From Myxococcota bacterium (GTDB taxonomy: Bacteria > Myxococcota_A > UBA9160 > PR03): a stretch of 30,687 nt of DNA. The translations under genes were made by a program, and so were the position numbers. Location: contig JBFIML010000046.1 in the NCBI GenBank assembly GCA_041611735.1, positions 1-30,687 on the forward strand. Direction: 5' to 3'. The stretch's first letter is position 1. Every line of letters starts with the position of its first letter. The notes beneath the pieces were generated by a model. It saw only the letters and a program-made list of their open reading frames with translations. It did not search any database and was not told the origin of the DNA. Positions 16,359 through 25,781 of this stretch are shown here, piece after piece.

Positions 16359-16918
16359 CGCTCCGGCCCCTCCCAGCGCGGCAGCAGCGCCTCCACCTCG
16401 TCGAGGCGCGGGGCGCCGCGGTCCTTTTCGGAGAGCAGGGGCTCACGCACCGGCCAGGGGATGCCGATGCGTGGGTCGTTCCACGCCACCGCGAACTCGT
16501 CGGCCGCGTCGTAGAGCTCGGTGCACTTGTATTCCACTTCCGCCACCTCGCTAAGCACCGCGAAGCCGTGGGCAAAGCCGGGCGGAACCCAGAGCTGGCG
16601 GAAATTCTCGCCCGAGAGGCGCACCGCCACGAAGCGGGCGAAGCTGGGCGAGCCGCGCCGCAGGTCCACGGCCACGTCGTATACCTCACCGGTCACGACC
16701 CGCATCAGCTTCCCCTGCGGGCGGTGGCGCTGTGCGTGCAGGCCCCGCACCGTGTCCCCCACGGACCGTGAGAAGTTGTCCTGCACGAAGCGGGCCGGGA
16801 TCCCCGCCTCGGCGTACTTGACCGCATGCCAGGTCTCCAGGAAGAAGCCGCGCGCGTCCCGGTAGACGTCGGGCTCGACCACCACCACGTCGGGGATCTC
16901 CGTGGGACGGAACTTCAC
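16355..16918 (-). CDS. rfbC: dTDP-4-dehydrorhamnose 3,5-epimerase
   Basis: DARGFFLE, FVQDN.S.S, RGLHAQ, DVAVDLRRGSP, PPGFAHGF and LSEKD. Confidence 0.95.
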   Translation of the reverse strand: MKFRPTEIPDVVVVEPDVYRDARGFFLETWHAVKYAEAGIPARFVQDNFSRSVGDTVRGLHAQRHRPQGKLMRVVTGEVYDVAVDLRRGSPSFARFVAVRLSGENFRQLWVPPGFAHGFAVLSEVAEVEYKCTELYDAADEFAVAWNDPRIGIPWPVREPLLSEKDRGAPRLDEVEALLPRWEGPER

Positions 16919-16921
16919 GGC

Positions 16922-17794
16922 TCAGCGCTCGTCCTTGGCCAGCCGGGCCAGGTACTCGCCGTAGGAGTTCTTGCGCATCTCGTGGGACATGCGCAGCAGG
17001 TCCTCGCGGCTGAGCCAGCCCTTGCGGAAGGCGATCTCCTCCGGCGAGGAGATCTTGAGCCCCTGGCGCTCCTGCACCGCCTGGATGAAGTTGGAGGCCT
17101 GGAGCAGCGACTCCAGGGTTCCCGTGTCGAGCCAGGCGATGCCGCGCCCCAGCAGCTCCACCTGCAGCTCCCCGGCCCGCAGGTAGTCCAGGTTCACGTC
17201 GGTGATCTCGAGCTCGCCGCGCCGGGAAGGGCGCAGCCCGGCGGCGATGTCGACGACCCGCGCATCGTAGAAGTAGAGGCCCGTCACCGCGTAGCTGGAA
17301 CGCGGCACCTTGGGTTTCTCCTCGAGACCCACTACGCGGCCGTCCTCGGAGAACTCCACCACGCCGTAGCGCTCCGGGTCGCGCACCCAGTAGCCGAATA
17401 CGGTTCCGCCGCGCTCCCGGGCTGCCGCCCGCTCGAGCACCGTGGGAAAGCCGTGGCCGTAGAAGATGTTGTCTCCCAGGGCCAGGGCCACCCGCTGCGA
17501 GCCGATGAATTCGCGTCCGATCAGGAAGGCCTGGGCGATGCCCTCGGGGCGCGGCTGGGCCGCGTAACGGACGTCCAGACCCAGGTGGGAGCCGTCGCCG
17601 AGCAGGCGCTGGAAGGCCGCCTGGTCCTCCGGGGTCGAGATGAGCAGGATCTCCCGGATGCCCGCCAGCATCAGCGTGGCGAGCGGGTAGTAGACCATGG
17701 GCTTGTCGTAGATGGGAAGCAGCTGCTTGCTCACCCCGCGCGTGATCGGGTAGAGCCGCGTGCCCGAGCCGCCTGCGAGAAGGATGCCCTTCAT
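16922..17794 (-). CDS. rfbA: Glucose-1-phosphate thymidylyltransferase
   Basis: [48 protein letters not shown] and WLDTGT, with a GGAGG SD. Confidence 0.97.
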   Translation of the reverse strand: MKGILLAGGSGTRLYPITRGVSKQLLPIYDKPMVYYPLATLMLAGIREILLISTPEDQAAFQRLLGDGSHLGLDVRYAAQPRPEGIAQAFLIGREFIGSQRVALALGDNIFYGHGFPTVLERAAARERGGTVFGYWVRDPERYGVVEFSEDGRVVGLEEKPKVPRSSYAVTGLYFYDARVVDIAAGLRPSRRGELEITDVNLDYLRAGELQVELLGRGIAWLDTGTLESLLQASNFIQAVQERQGLKISSPEEIAFRKGWLSREDLLRMSHEMRKNSYGEYLARLAKDER

Positions 17795-17845
17795 GCCCTC
17801 CCTCGACGTGGGCGAGATCGTACAATGGGGTCGGGAGGATCGCTC

Positions 17846-18517
17846 ATGGGCGCGACCGGGATCATCGCCGCGCTGTGGCTCGCCTTTGCCGCTTCCCACA
17901 TGGGGCTCTCGAGCCAGCGGCTGCGGCCGCGGCTGGTGGCGCGCCTGGGCGAGTCCGGCTTCCTCGGCTTCTACTCGCTGGTGGCCTTCGCCACGTTCGT
18001 CCCGCTGGTGTGGTTCTACTGGGAGAGCCGCCACGCCGGTGCGCTGCTCTGGACCCTGGCACCGGGGCCGCTGCTGCGCTGGGCCCTCTACGCGGGCATG
18101 GGCGTCGCCTGGGTGCTGGTGGTCGTCTCGCTGGTTCAGCCGAGCCCGGTGCTGGTGGGAGCATCCGGCGACACCCGGGTCCGGGGAGCCCACCTGCTGA
18201 CCCGACACCCGCTCTTCATGGGGCTCGCCCTGTTCGGTGCCCTGCACCTCGCGCTGATGCCGGCGGTGTTCGCCGCGGACGGGGTGTTCTTCGCGGGCTT
18301 CACCCTCTTCTCGGTGGTGGGTGCCTGGCACCAGGACCGCCGCAAGCTGGTCACGGCGGGGGAGAGCTTCCGCGCCTGGCACGCCGCGACGCCCTTCCTG
18401 CCCTTCACGGGGCGCGAGACCCTGCGGGGCCTGCGCGAGCTCCCGCCGCTGGGCGTGCTCGCCGGGGTCCTGCTCACCCTCACCCTGCGCTGGCTCCACG
18501 GGCCGCTCTTCCACTGA
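17846..18517 (+). CDS. NnrU family membrane protein
   Basis: [37 protein letters not shown] and T.FLPF, in a multi-TM protein with a GGGAGG SD. Confidence 0.85.
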   Translation: MGATGIIAALWLAFAASHMGLSSQRLRPRLVARLGESGFLGFYSLVAFATFVPLVWFYWESRHAGALLWTLAPGPLLRWALYAGMGVAWVLVVVSLVQPSPVLVGASGDTRVRGAHLLTRHPLFMGLALFGALHLALMPAVFAADGVFFAGFTLFSVVGAWHQDRRKLVTAGESFRAWHAATPFLPFTGRETLRGLRELPPLGVLAGVLLTLTLRWLHGPLFH

Positions 18518-18577
18518 TCCGGCGCCGGGAGCGGAGAAGTTCTCCCCCAGGCAGGGGAGTCGACCCGAGGGCGAGGC

Positions 18578-19348
18578 TCACGGCCACGGGACGCCGGCCG
18601 CGCGCCGGGCGAGCCGCGCATCGCGGGCCTCGCTGGCGGCGACGGCCAGCGCGCGGGGCTCGGGCGTTCCCCAGCGCCCGCTGGAGGTGAAGTACGCGTC
18701 CGGGAGGTCCTGGAGGACCCATGCGCGCCGGGCCGTTCGCGTGTAGTCCACGTCCGGCGCGGGGTGGCCGTTGGCCCGGAAGATGGCCATCAGCGTGTGC
18801 AGCAGCTCGTGCTCGAAGTAGCGGTCCAGCGTGTCGCGCTTCCAGGCCATGGGGATGGCGAAGTAGGCTGCCTTCCCCATCAGCCGGTTCACGCCCCAGG
18901 AGGCGCCGCCGTAGGAGCTGCGGTGTCCCGGTCCGTTGCGCCAGGCGTAGAAGACGCCGATCACGTCATGGACGTCGCGGGGCACCCCGAGCCGGGTCAG
19001 GTCCCTCTCGACCACGCGTCCGGCGCGAGAGCGGTCGCTCAGCCAGTAGTGTCCGCGCTGCGTCCCGCGCATGAAGTCGGTCTCCGGAACGACGCGCTCG
19101 ACGGTCACCCAGTCCACGGCCACGTGGAGCCGCGAGCGGCTCCCGCGCCACAGGGCGCGCGCCGCCTGGTCCACCTCGCGACGCAGGTTGGCGATCTCGC
19201 CTCGCGTTGCCCGGTCGGTGAAGGTGTGCCGGTAGACGACGACCAGCACCCGCAGGCGCAGGGACTCGGAGGCCTCGGCCGGCAGCGCGGCAGCCGACGC
19301 GCCCAGCAGCGCGAGCACGCACAGCGCCCGGCGGATCCAGGCCCGCAT
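18578..19348 (-). CDS. Secreted hypothetical protein with HExxH zincin-like motif
   Basis: Signal peptide MRAWIRRALCVLALLGASAAALPAEA, motif YFEHELLHTL, and a GGAGG SD. Confidence 0.65.
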   Translation of the reverse strand: MRAWIRRALCVLALLGASAAALPAEASESLRLRVLVVVYRHTFTDRATRGEIANLRREVDQAARALWRGSRSRLHVAVDWVTVERVVPETDFMRGTQRGHYWLSDRSRAGRVVERDLTRLGVPRDVHDVIGVFYAWRNGPGHRSSYGGASWGVNRLMGKAAYFAIPMAWKRDTLDRYFEHELLHTLMAIFRANGHPAPDVDYTRTARRAWVLQDLPDAYFTSSGRWGTPEPRALAVAASEARDARLARRAAGVPWP

Positions 19349-19512
19349 CCTCCCCTCCCCCCGCGGGATCGCACCCGCGCAAGGTCGGACGTCGGCCCGG
19401 ACGCCGATATTCGCCCGGGGGCCGAGTACCTGCCCTCCATTCCGGGCGTTATCCTGCCGGGAGCGCGTTCGACGCTCGTCGAGGCGTGCGAAGCGTGCGG
19501 TGGATTCCCGCC

Positions 19513-19851
19513 ATGCTGGGTTCGCTGAAGCTCGGGGTGGCCGTCGTGTTCGGGGCAGGCGCGCTTGCGGCCCTGTCCCCGGCGGCTGCGGAGCCGGGAG
19601 AACCTTCGGTCCTGCTCGGAGCGGCCGGACTGGAGGCGGGCAGCCCCGACCCCGCCTGGGCGGTGCCGCGCGAAGGCGCGCCTTCCACCACGACACCCTG
19701 CGAACGCCAGGCCGGACCGGCAAGCGGGGTTCGCAGGTTCGGCGACACGGCGCTTCCGGTCGCCCGCTGCGTCCTGGAGCCGGCGAGCCTTCCCCAGGCC
19801 GCGCTCCGGCGCTGGTGCCTCTCCCACAGTACGGCCACGGCAATTCCCTAG
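19513..19851 (+). CDS. Small hypothetical protein with signal peptide
   Basis: MLGSLKLGVAVVFGAGALAALSPAAA is signal-like, followed by a low-complexity linker and the C-terminus RRWCLSHSTATAIP. There is no clear SD. Confidence 0.4.
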   Translation: MLGSLKLGVAVVFGAGALAALSPAAAEPGEPSVLLGAAGLEAGSPDPAWAVPREGAPSTTTPCERQAGPASGVRRFGDTALPVARCVLEPASLPQAALRRWCLSHSTATAIP

Positions 19852-19990
19852 CCGGGGACGGAGCGCGCCCGCGTGCGCTCCGAGCGCGTGGTGCCACCGC
19901 GCGCTGCCGATCTCCCGGCACCCCGGCACGGCCGCACGGCGCGGCCGCCGAAGGGCGTGCCGCCGTCTCCGGGATGGAGAGGAACCTTCC

Positions 19991-20185
19991 ATGAATCCCC
20001 AGCTTCGCGCTCTGCTCTTCTTTGGCTGCCTGCTCGTGGCGCCCGGCCTCTGGATGCTCGGCGAGAGGCTCGGCGGCACACCCGGTGCCGTGGGACTCAC
20101 GAGCGCGGTGGTGGCAGGCGCAGCGCTGTACGCCTTCCGCTCCGGCAGCTCCCCGAAGCCGCCGGCCGGCGCCATGCCCTCGTAG
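19991..20185 (+). CDS. Small two-TM membrane protein (64 aa)
   Basis: A GGAGAGGA SD precedes ATG 19991. The protein has two hydrophobic segments: LRALLFFGCLLVAPGLWML and AVGLTSAVVAGAALYAF. Confidence 0.55.
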   Translation: MNPQLRALLFFGCLLVAPGLWMLGERLGGTPGAVGLTSAVVAGAALYAFRSGSSPKPPAGAMPS

Positions 20186-20218
20186 CCGGCGCAGGCCGAT
20201 GCGGGGAACGGGCCGGCT

Positions 20219-21343
20219 TCAGGTCGGGGCCGGCGAGGCCGCTTCGAAGACGAGCCGGAAGCGCCGCTTTCCGAGCCGATGACGTGCTGGATGGGCCAGC
20301 AGGGCCTCGCAGCCGGTGCCGGCCAGGGCCCGGTCCACGGCCCGGCGTGCCTCCGGCGCGAGGCCCCGGTACGCGTCCCAGGAGCGCTGCGCCATCCAGA
20401 GCGTGTAGGCGCTCGTGTAGCGCTCGAACTCGACGCCCCGCAGGCGCGTGCGGTGCGTTCCGACCGCCCGCGGTGGGCCCTCGAGATCGGGGGGTCGTGT
20501 ATCGGCCCAGGCCTCGTAGGCGCGCAAGGTGTCGAGGACCAGCGGGACGGCGTCGGCGCCGATCCGCTCGAGGATCGGCCGCAGGGTCTCGGGCAGCGCG
20601 TCGCCGGCCAGCCACTCTCCCGACCCGTCGGGATCCGGGTGGTTCATGCGCTCGATCCAGTGGCAGACGCGCGGGGCCCGCTCCCGCAGCAGGCGGCCCG
20701 GGGCCACGTCCAGGTACAGATGGGCATAGAGGGGGCCCATGAGCGCACAGTCCGCCACGGACGGACGCTCCCCGAGCAGGTAGCCGTGGCGCGCGAAGTG
20801 CGCGGAGAGCCCGTCCAGCAGCTCGCGGGTGTGCGCTTCGATGGCGGGGACCGTCTCCGGCTGCACGCCGAGCGCGGGGACGAAGCTCTTCATGCGGTCC
20901 GCGAAGCCCCCGGAAGCTTCCGAGTCTCCCGTCACCGCCGCGAAGTCGCCGCGGGCCTTCGCCTCGCTTTCGGGGAAGTTCCAGCGGTAGTGCATGGCGG
21001 GGAGCAGCAGGAACTCGTCCGCGTAGAGCTCCACGAGCAGCGCCACCAGCCGCTGCAGCGGGCCGGCCGGCACGAGCGGCGGCGTGGGGAAGCGCGCTTC
21101 GAGGGCGTCGAGGATGTCGCTCGAGTCCTGCCAGGTCTCGTCCTCGGGGGTCACGATCACGGGTATGAAGGCGAAACCCGTCCGTGGCACGATGACGTCG
21201 CGATAGGCCTTCGGGTCGCTCAGCAGCTCGACGTAGGGCACGCCCTTGTAGCGCAGCGCCGGGCGCACCTTGGCGGAGAAGTACGAGACCTCCACCGCAT
21301 AGAAGCGGAAGCGGGCGGGCCGCGGGTCGGGAAGTTTCGGCAC
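20219..21343 (-). CDS. Glutathione S-transferase family protein
   Basis: SYFSAKVRPALRYKGVP, FIPVI (cis-Pro), QDSSDI, ADEF...PAMHYRW and YLLGERPSVADCAL. Confidence 0.88.
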   Translation of the reverse strand: MPKLPDPRPARFRFYAVEVSYFSAKVRPALRYKGVPYVELLSDPKAYRDVIVPRTGFAFIPVIVTPEDETWQDSSDILDALEARFPTPPLVPAGPLQRLVALLVELYADEFLLLPAMHYRWNFPESEAKARGDFAAVTGDSEASGGFADRMKSFVPALGVQPETVPAIEAHTRELLDGLSAHFARHGYLLGERPSVADCALMGPLYAHLYLDVAPGRLLRERAPRVCHWIERMNHPDPDGSGEWLAGDALPETLRPILERIGADAVPLVLDTLRAYEAWADTRPPDLEGPPRAVGTHRTRLRGVEFERYTSAYTLWMAQRSWDAYRGLAPEARRAVDRALAGTGCEALLAHPARHRLGKRRFRLVFEAASPAPT

Positions 21344-21399
21344 CTCTTCCTTCTACGGCGCTTGCCGCGCGAACGCAAGTTGGCGTAGCGTCCGGAGCC

Positions 21400-23616
21400 A
21401 TGGCGCGAGGAAGGGCCGTGGCGGCCGCGTGGCTGGCGGCAGGGCTGCTCGCCGTCGGGTGCCGGGGCCGCCACGAGGACCCGGGCCAGGTGACGCCCGT
21501 CGAGGTGCCGCGCCACGTCGTCGAGGCGCGCGCTGCCCGGCAGGCGGAGGTGGCAGCGCCGCGTGCCCGCCAGATCCTGTTCGGAGATCTCCACGTCCAC
21601 ACCACCTTCTCGGTCGACGCCTTCAATCGTTCGCTCCCCTTCCTCCAGGGAGAGGGAGCCCATCCGCCGGCCGATGCCTGCGACTTCGCGCGTTACTGCT
21701 CCGACCTCGACTTCTGGAGCATCAACGACCACGCGGAGGGTTTGACGCCGCGCCACTGGCAGGAGACCCAGGAGGCCCTACGCCAGTGCAACGCCGTGGC
21801 GGGTGATCCGCGCGATCCGGACGTGGTGGCGTTCCTGGGCTGGGAGTGGACCCAGGTGGGTGAGACCCCGGAGACCCACTGGGGCCACAAGAACGTGATC
21901 CTCCGCGAACTCTCACCCGAACGGATCCCGAAGCGTCCCATCAGCGCCCGCAACGACCGCCTGGTGGGGGCCCTGCTCCAGGACCTGCCGCTGCGCGCGC
22001 GCCTCGGGTTCCTGGTGCGGGACTTCGGGAACCGCCAGCGCTACCTGGAGCGCGCCCGCTTCCTGCGCGAGATCCGCGACGTCCCCCTGTGCCCCGAGGG
22101 CGTGGACGTGCGCCAGCTCCCGACCGACTGCCACGAAGTGGCCTCCACGCCGGAGACCCTGTTCGAGAAGCTCGACCAGTGGGGCTTCGACTCCCTCGTG
22201 ATCCCCCATGGAACGACCTGGGGCTTGTACACGCCGCCGGCAGCGCGACTGGACAAGCAGCTCGATCCCGCGCAGCACGATCCCGAGCGTCAGGGTCTGT
22301 TCGAGATCTTCTCGGGCCACGGCAACTCCGAGGAGCACCGGCCGTGGCGGGCCGCCGAGATCGGACCCGATGGGGAGGCGCGCTGCCCGGCGCCCAGCGA
22401 GGACTACCTGCCCTGCTGCTGGCGGGCCGGCGAGATCATCCGCTCGCGCTGCGAGGAGGCGGACTCCGTCGAGTGCGAGCAGCGGGTGGAGGAAGCGCGT
22501 CGTCGGCATCTGGAGGCGGGGGTGGCCGGGCACCTGACGGTGCCGGGCGCCGAGGTGGAGGACTGGCTCGACTGCGGCCAGTGTCGCGACTGCTTCAACC
22601 CGGCCTTCAACTACCGGCCGGGGGGCTCCGGCCAGTACGCCCTGGCGCTGAGCCGCTTCGACGGCAACGCGGCGCCCCGTCGCTTCCGCTTCGGCTTCCT
22701 CGCCTCGAGCGACAACCATACCGCCCGGCCCGGCACTGGCTACAAGGAGTACGGGCGGCGGCGCATGACCGAGGCCACCGGAGCGCGCGACGCCTCCTGG
22801 CGGGAGCGCTTGTGGGGCCCGACTGCGGAGCCGGGACCCGCAGCGATCCCGCCGGAAGCCATCGAGGTGGCGCAGCCCTTCCTGCTGGCCGAGTTGGAGC
22901 GTCAGATGTCCTTCTTCCTGACCGGAGGGCTGGTGGCGCTGCACGCCGAAGGCCGCGACCGGGACGCGGTCTGGGAGGCGTTGCGCCGCCGCGAGGTCTA
23001 TGGCACCAGCGGCGAGCGGATCCTGCTCTGGTTCGACCTGCTGAACGGACCGCAGGGAAGGCTTCCAATGGGCTCGGAGACCTCCCTCGCAGGAGTCCCC
23101 CGCTTCCGGGTCCGCGCCGCCGGTGGCTTCGTGCAGCAGCCCGGCTGCCCGGAGCACTCGTTGCACGCCCTGGGTGCCGAGCGCCTCGAGTTCCTGTGCC
23201 GCGGCGAGTGCTACCATCCGGGCGACGAGCGCCGGCGCATCTCGCGCATCGAGGTGATCCGCATCCGGCCGCAGACCGCCCCCGAGGAGCCGATCGCAGC
23301 CCTCATCGAGGACCCCTGGCGGAGCCTCGACTGCCCCCCGGGCCCGGCAGGCTGCACGGTCGAGTTCTCGGACCCGGCCTTCCCGGAGTCCGGGCGGGAG
23401 GTGGTCTACTACGTCCGGGCCATCCAGGAGCCGACCCCGGCGGTGAACGCCGGCGGGCTGCGCTGCCAGCGCGACGAGGCCGGCCGCTGCCTGCGGGTGC
23501 GGCCCTGCTTCGGGGACTACCGCACCCCCTTCGACGACGACTGCCTCGCCCCCAACGAGGAGCGCGCCTGGTCGTCGCCCATCTACCTTCGGCCGGAGGA
23601 CGGCGACGGCCCGTGA
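21400..23616 (+). CDS. DUF3604 family lipoprotein (PHP-like metallohydrolase fold)
   Basis: Lipobox-like LAVGC. Motifs FGDLHVHT..S.DA, LDF..INDHAE, GWEWT, IPHG, ASSDNH, RREVYGTSG.RI, YYVRAIQEPT and ERAWSSPI. Confidence 0.88.
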   Translation: MARGRAVAAAWLAAGLLAVGCRGRHEDPGQVTPVEVPRHVVEARAARQAEVAAPRARQILFGDLHVHTTFSVDAFNRSLPFLQGEGAHPPADACDFARYCSDLDFWSINDHAEGLTPRHWQETQEALRQCNAVAGDPRDPDVVAFLGWEWTQVGETPETHWGHKNVILRELSPERIPKRPISARNDRLVGALLQDLPLRARLGFLVRDFGNRQRYLERARFLREIRDVPLCPEGVDVRQLPTDCHEVASTPETLFEKLDQWGFDSLVIPHGTTWGLYTPPAARLDKQLDPAQHDPERQGLFEIFSGHGNSEEHRPWRAAEIGPDGEARCPAPSEDYLPCCWRAGEIIRSRCEEADSVECEQRVEEARRRHLEAGVAGHLTVPGAEVEDWLDCGQCRDCFNPAFNYRPGGSGQYALALSRFDGNAAPRRFRFGFLASSDNHTARPGTGYKEYGRRRMTEATGARDASWRERLWGPTAEPGPAAIPPEAIEVAQPFLLAELERQMSFFLTGGLVALHAEGRDRDAVWEALRRREVYGTSGERILLWFDLLNGPQGRLPMGSETSLAGVPRFRVRAAGGFVQQPGCPEHSLHALGAERLEFLCRGECYHPGDERRRISRIEVIRIRPQTAPEEPIAALIEDPWRSLDCPPGPAGCTVEFSDPAFPESGREVVYYVRAIQEPTPAVNAGGLRCQRDEAGRCLRVRPCFGDYRTPFDDDCLAPNEERAWSSPIYLRPEDGDGP

Positions 23617-24482
23617 GCGAGCGGCGGGCGCGCGTGGCGCTGGCGCTCGGAGCGGCAGCGGGCCTCGCGCTCGCGGTCACCCAGCTGCTGGTCGTCGAGG
23701 GCGAGGGACTCCCCGCCGACCTCGTGGCCACGGTGAACGGGGTCCCGATCCGGCGCCAGACCTGGGAGCGGACCCTGGCCGGCCTCGTCAGCGACCGCCG
23801 CAATCCGATGACCGACGAAGAGCGCGCGCGTGCCCTCGACCGGCTGATCGAGGAGGAGCTCCTCGTGCAGCGCGGGCTCGAACTCGGTCTCGCGCGCCTC
23901 GACCGGCGCGTCCGCAGCGACCTGGTGCATGCCATGATCGAGTCGGTGCTGGCCGACGTGGCGGACCGTGAGCCGAGCCGCTCGGAGCTGGCCCGCTTCC
24001 ACCGGGAGAACGCCGACTACTTCACGGCGCCGGGCCGCCTGCGCGTGCGGCAGGTGGTGGTCCAGGCCGATGGCCGCCGCAGCGCCGAGGAGGCGCTCAG
24101 CCGCGCCCGGCAGGCCACGGCGCGCCTGCGCGCGGGCGAGCCCCTGGAGACCGTGGCGCACGAGCTCGGCGATCCCGAGCTGCCGCCCGTTCCGGACGAC
24201 CTCCTGCCCCCCACCAAGCTGCGCGAGTATCTGGGCCCGACCCCCCTGCGCGCGGTGCTCGAGCTCGAGCCCGGGCAGGTGAGCGACCCGGTGCGCTCCT
24301 CCAGCAGCTTCCACGTGCTGCTGCTCGTGGAGCGCGAGTCCGAGCGGATTCCGCCCCTCGAGGAGATCGAGCACGAGGTGCGCGCGGAGCTGCGCCGGCG
24401 CGTGGGGGACCGTGCCCTGCGCGAGTACCTGGAGGAGCTGCGTCGCCAGGCGGACGTGCGTCTGGCGGAGCCGCTTCCGTGA
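23613..24482 (+). CDS. PpiC/SurA-like peptidyl-prolyl isomerase (foldase)
   Basis: N-terminal TM, VATVNGVPI, LDRLIEEELLVQ and LEPGQVSDPVRS...FHVL. The start overlaps the upstream stop (GTGA). Confidence 0.85.
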   Translation: MSERRARVALALGAAAGLALAVTQLLVVEGEGLPADLVATVNGVPIRRQTWERTLAGLVSDRRNPMTDEERARALDRLIEEELLVQRGLELGLARLDRRVRSDLVHAMIESVLADVADREPSRSELARFHRENADYFTAPGRLRVRQVVVQADGRRSAEEALSRARQATARLRAGEPLETVAHELGDPELPPVPDDLLPPTKLREYLGPTPLRAVLELEPGQVSDPVRSSSSFHVLLLVERESERIPPLEEIEHEVRAELRRRVGDRALREYLEELRRQADVRLAEPLP

Positions 24483-25690
24483 GGAGCGCCCGGATCGCGG
24501 CGATGCTTGCCCTGACCCTCGCGGCCGGGCTCGCGCCGATGGCGGCGGGCGCCCACGGGCGCAGCCTCTCCTACTCCACCTGGGAGGTGTCGCGCCTCGG
24601 TGCCCAGGTGCGCGTGCGATTGCCGCAGCTCGAGCTGACCCGCCTTCCGCCGGAGCGGCTGGGCGACGTGGGCGGCTATCTGACCGCCCGCCTCGAGCTG
24701 GTCGCGGCGGACCAGCCCTGCGTGCCCACCCGGTTGCCCCGGGCGCTGGTGGCGCCCGAGGGATGGGTGTCCTTCGAGTGGCGAGTGCGGTGTGCCGATC
24801 CGGATGCGCCGCGCGCGCTGCGAAGCGCGCTCTTCCTGGACGTGGCGCCTTCCCACCTGCACTTCGCGCGGGTGCGCCTGCCCGACGGGGCGCTGCGCGA
24901 ACGGGTGCTCTCGGAGGCCGAGCCGAGCTGGGCCCTGGCCCCGGCGGCCGGGACGGACGCGAGCGAAGGAGCCCGGGGAACTCCCCTGACCGGCTACCTC
25001 GCCCTCGGCATCGAGCACATCGTGACGGGGTGGGACCACGTGGCCTTCGTGCTGGCGCTCCTGCTCCTGGCCCGGACGCTGCGCGAGGTGACGGGCCTGG
25101 TCACGGCCTTCACGGTCGCCCACAGCTTGACGCTCGGGCTCGCCACCCTGGGCGTGGTGCGACCGGAGCCTTCGGCCGTCGAGGCGCTGATCGGTTTCTC
25201 GATCGCCCTGGTGGCAGCCGAGAACGCATGGCTGCTGGCGGGCCGCGACCGCCTGGTGCCGGCCGCCTCGATCGGGGCGCTGCTGGCCCTCGCGGCCGGC
25301 GCCGCGGCAGGCCACGGCGGCCTGGCCCCCGCCACCCTGCTCGGCCTCGCGCTCTTCACGGCCTGCCACTTCGCACTGCTCCGCCGCGCAGAGCGACCGG
25401 CCGTGCTGCGCGCGGCGGTGGCGTTCGGCTTCGGGCTGGTGCACGGCTTCGGCTTCGCCGGCGTTCTGGCGGAGCTGGAGCTACCGAGGATGCGTCTCGT
25501 TCCAGCGCTCTTCGGCTTCAACGTCGGCGTCGAGCTGGGACAGCTCGGCGTCGTGGTCGTCGTCTGGCCGCTGCTGCATGCCCTGGAGTCGAGGGCCGCC
25601 GCGCGCTGGCATCGGGGCGTGGCCGAGTGGGCCTCCGCCGGCATCTGCGGCCTCGGCCTGTTCTGGTTCGTGACGCGGACCTACGGCTAG
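24479..25690 (+). CDS. HupE/UreJ family membrane protein
   Basis: Signal peptide ending A-H. Motifs YL.LGIEHI.TGWDH..F, TAFTVAHSLTL, VEALI..SI, FGLVHGFGFAG.L and FN.GVELGQL. GTGA overlap with the upstream gene. Confidence 0.9.
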   Translation: MRSARIAAMLALTLAAGLAPMAAGAHGRSLSYSTWEVSRLGAQVRVRLPQLELTRLPPERLGDVGGYLTARLELVAADQPCVPTRLPRALVAPEGWVSFEWRVRCADPDAPRALRSALFLDVAPSHLHFARVRLPDGALRERVLSEAEPSWALAPAAGTDASEGARGTPLTGYLALGIEHIVTGWDHVAFVLALLLLARTLREVTGLVTAFTVAHSLTLGLATLGVVRPEPSAVEALIGFSIALVAAENAWLLAGRDRLVPAASIGALLALAAGAAAGHGGLAPATLLGLALFTACHFALLRRAERPAVLRAAVAFGFGLVHGFGFAGVLAELELPRMRLVPALFGFNVGVELGQLGVVVVVWPLLHALESRAAARWHRGVAEWASAGICGLGLFWFVTRTYG

Positions 25691-25781
25691 CGCGAGTAGC
25701 GGCCAGGATCGCCGCCTCAAGCGTGTCCTGCGCGCTTCCGATGAGCCTTCGGGCCGCCGGGCCCGGCGGGGAGCCGTCTCC

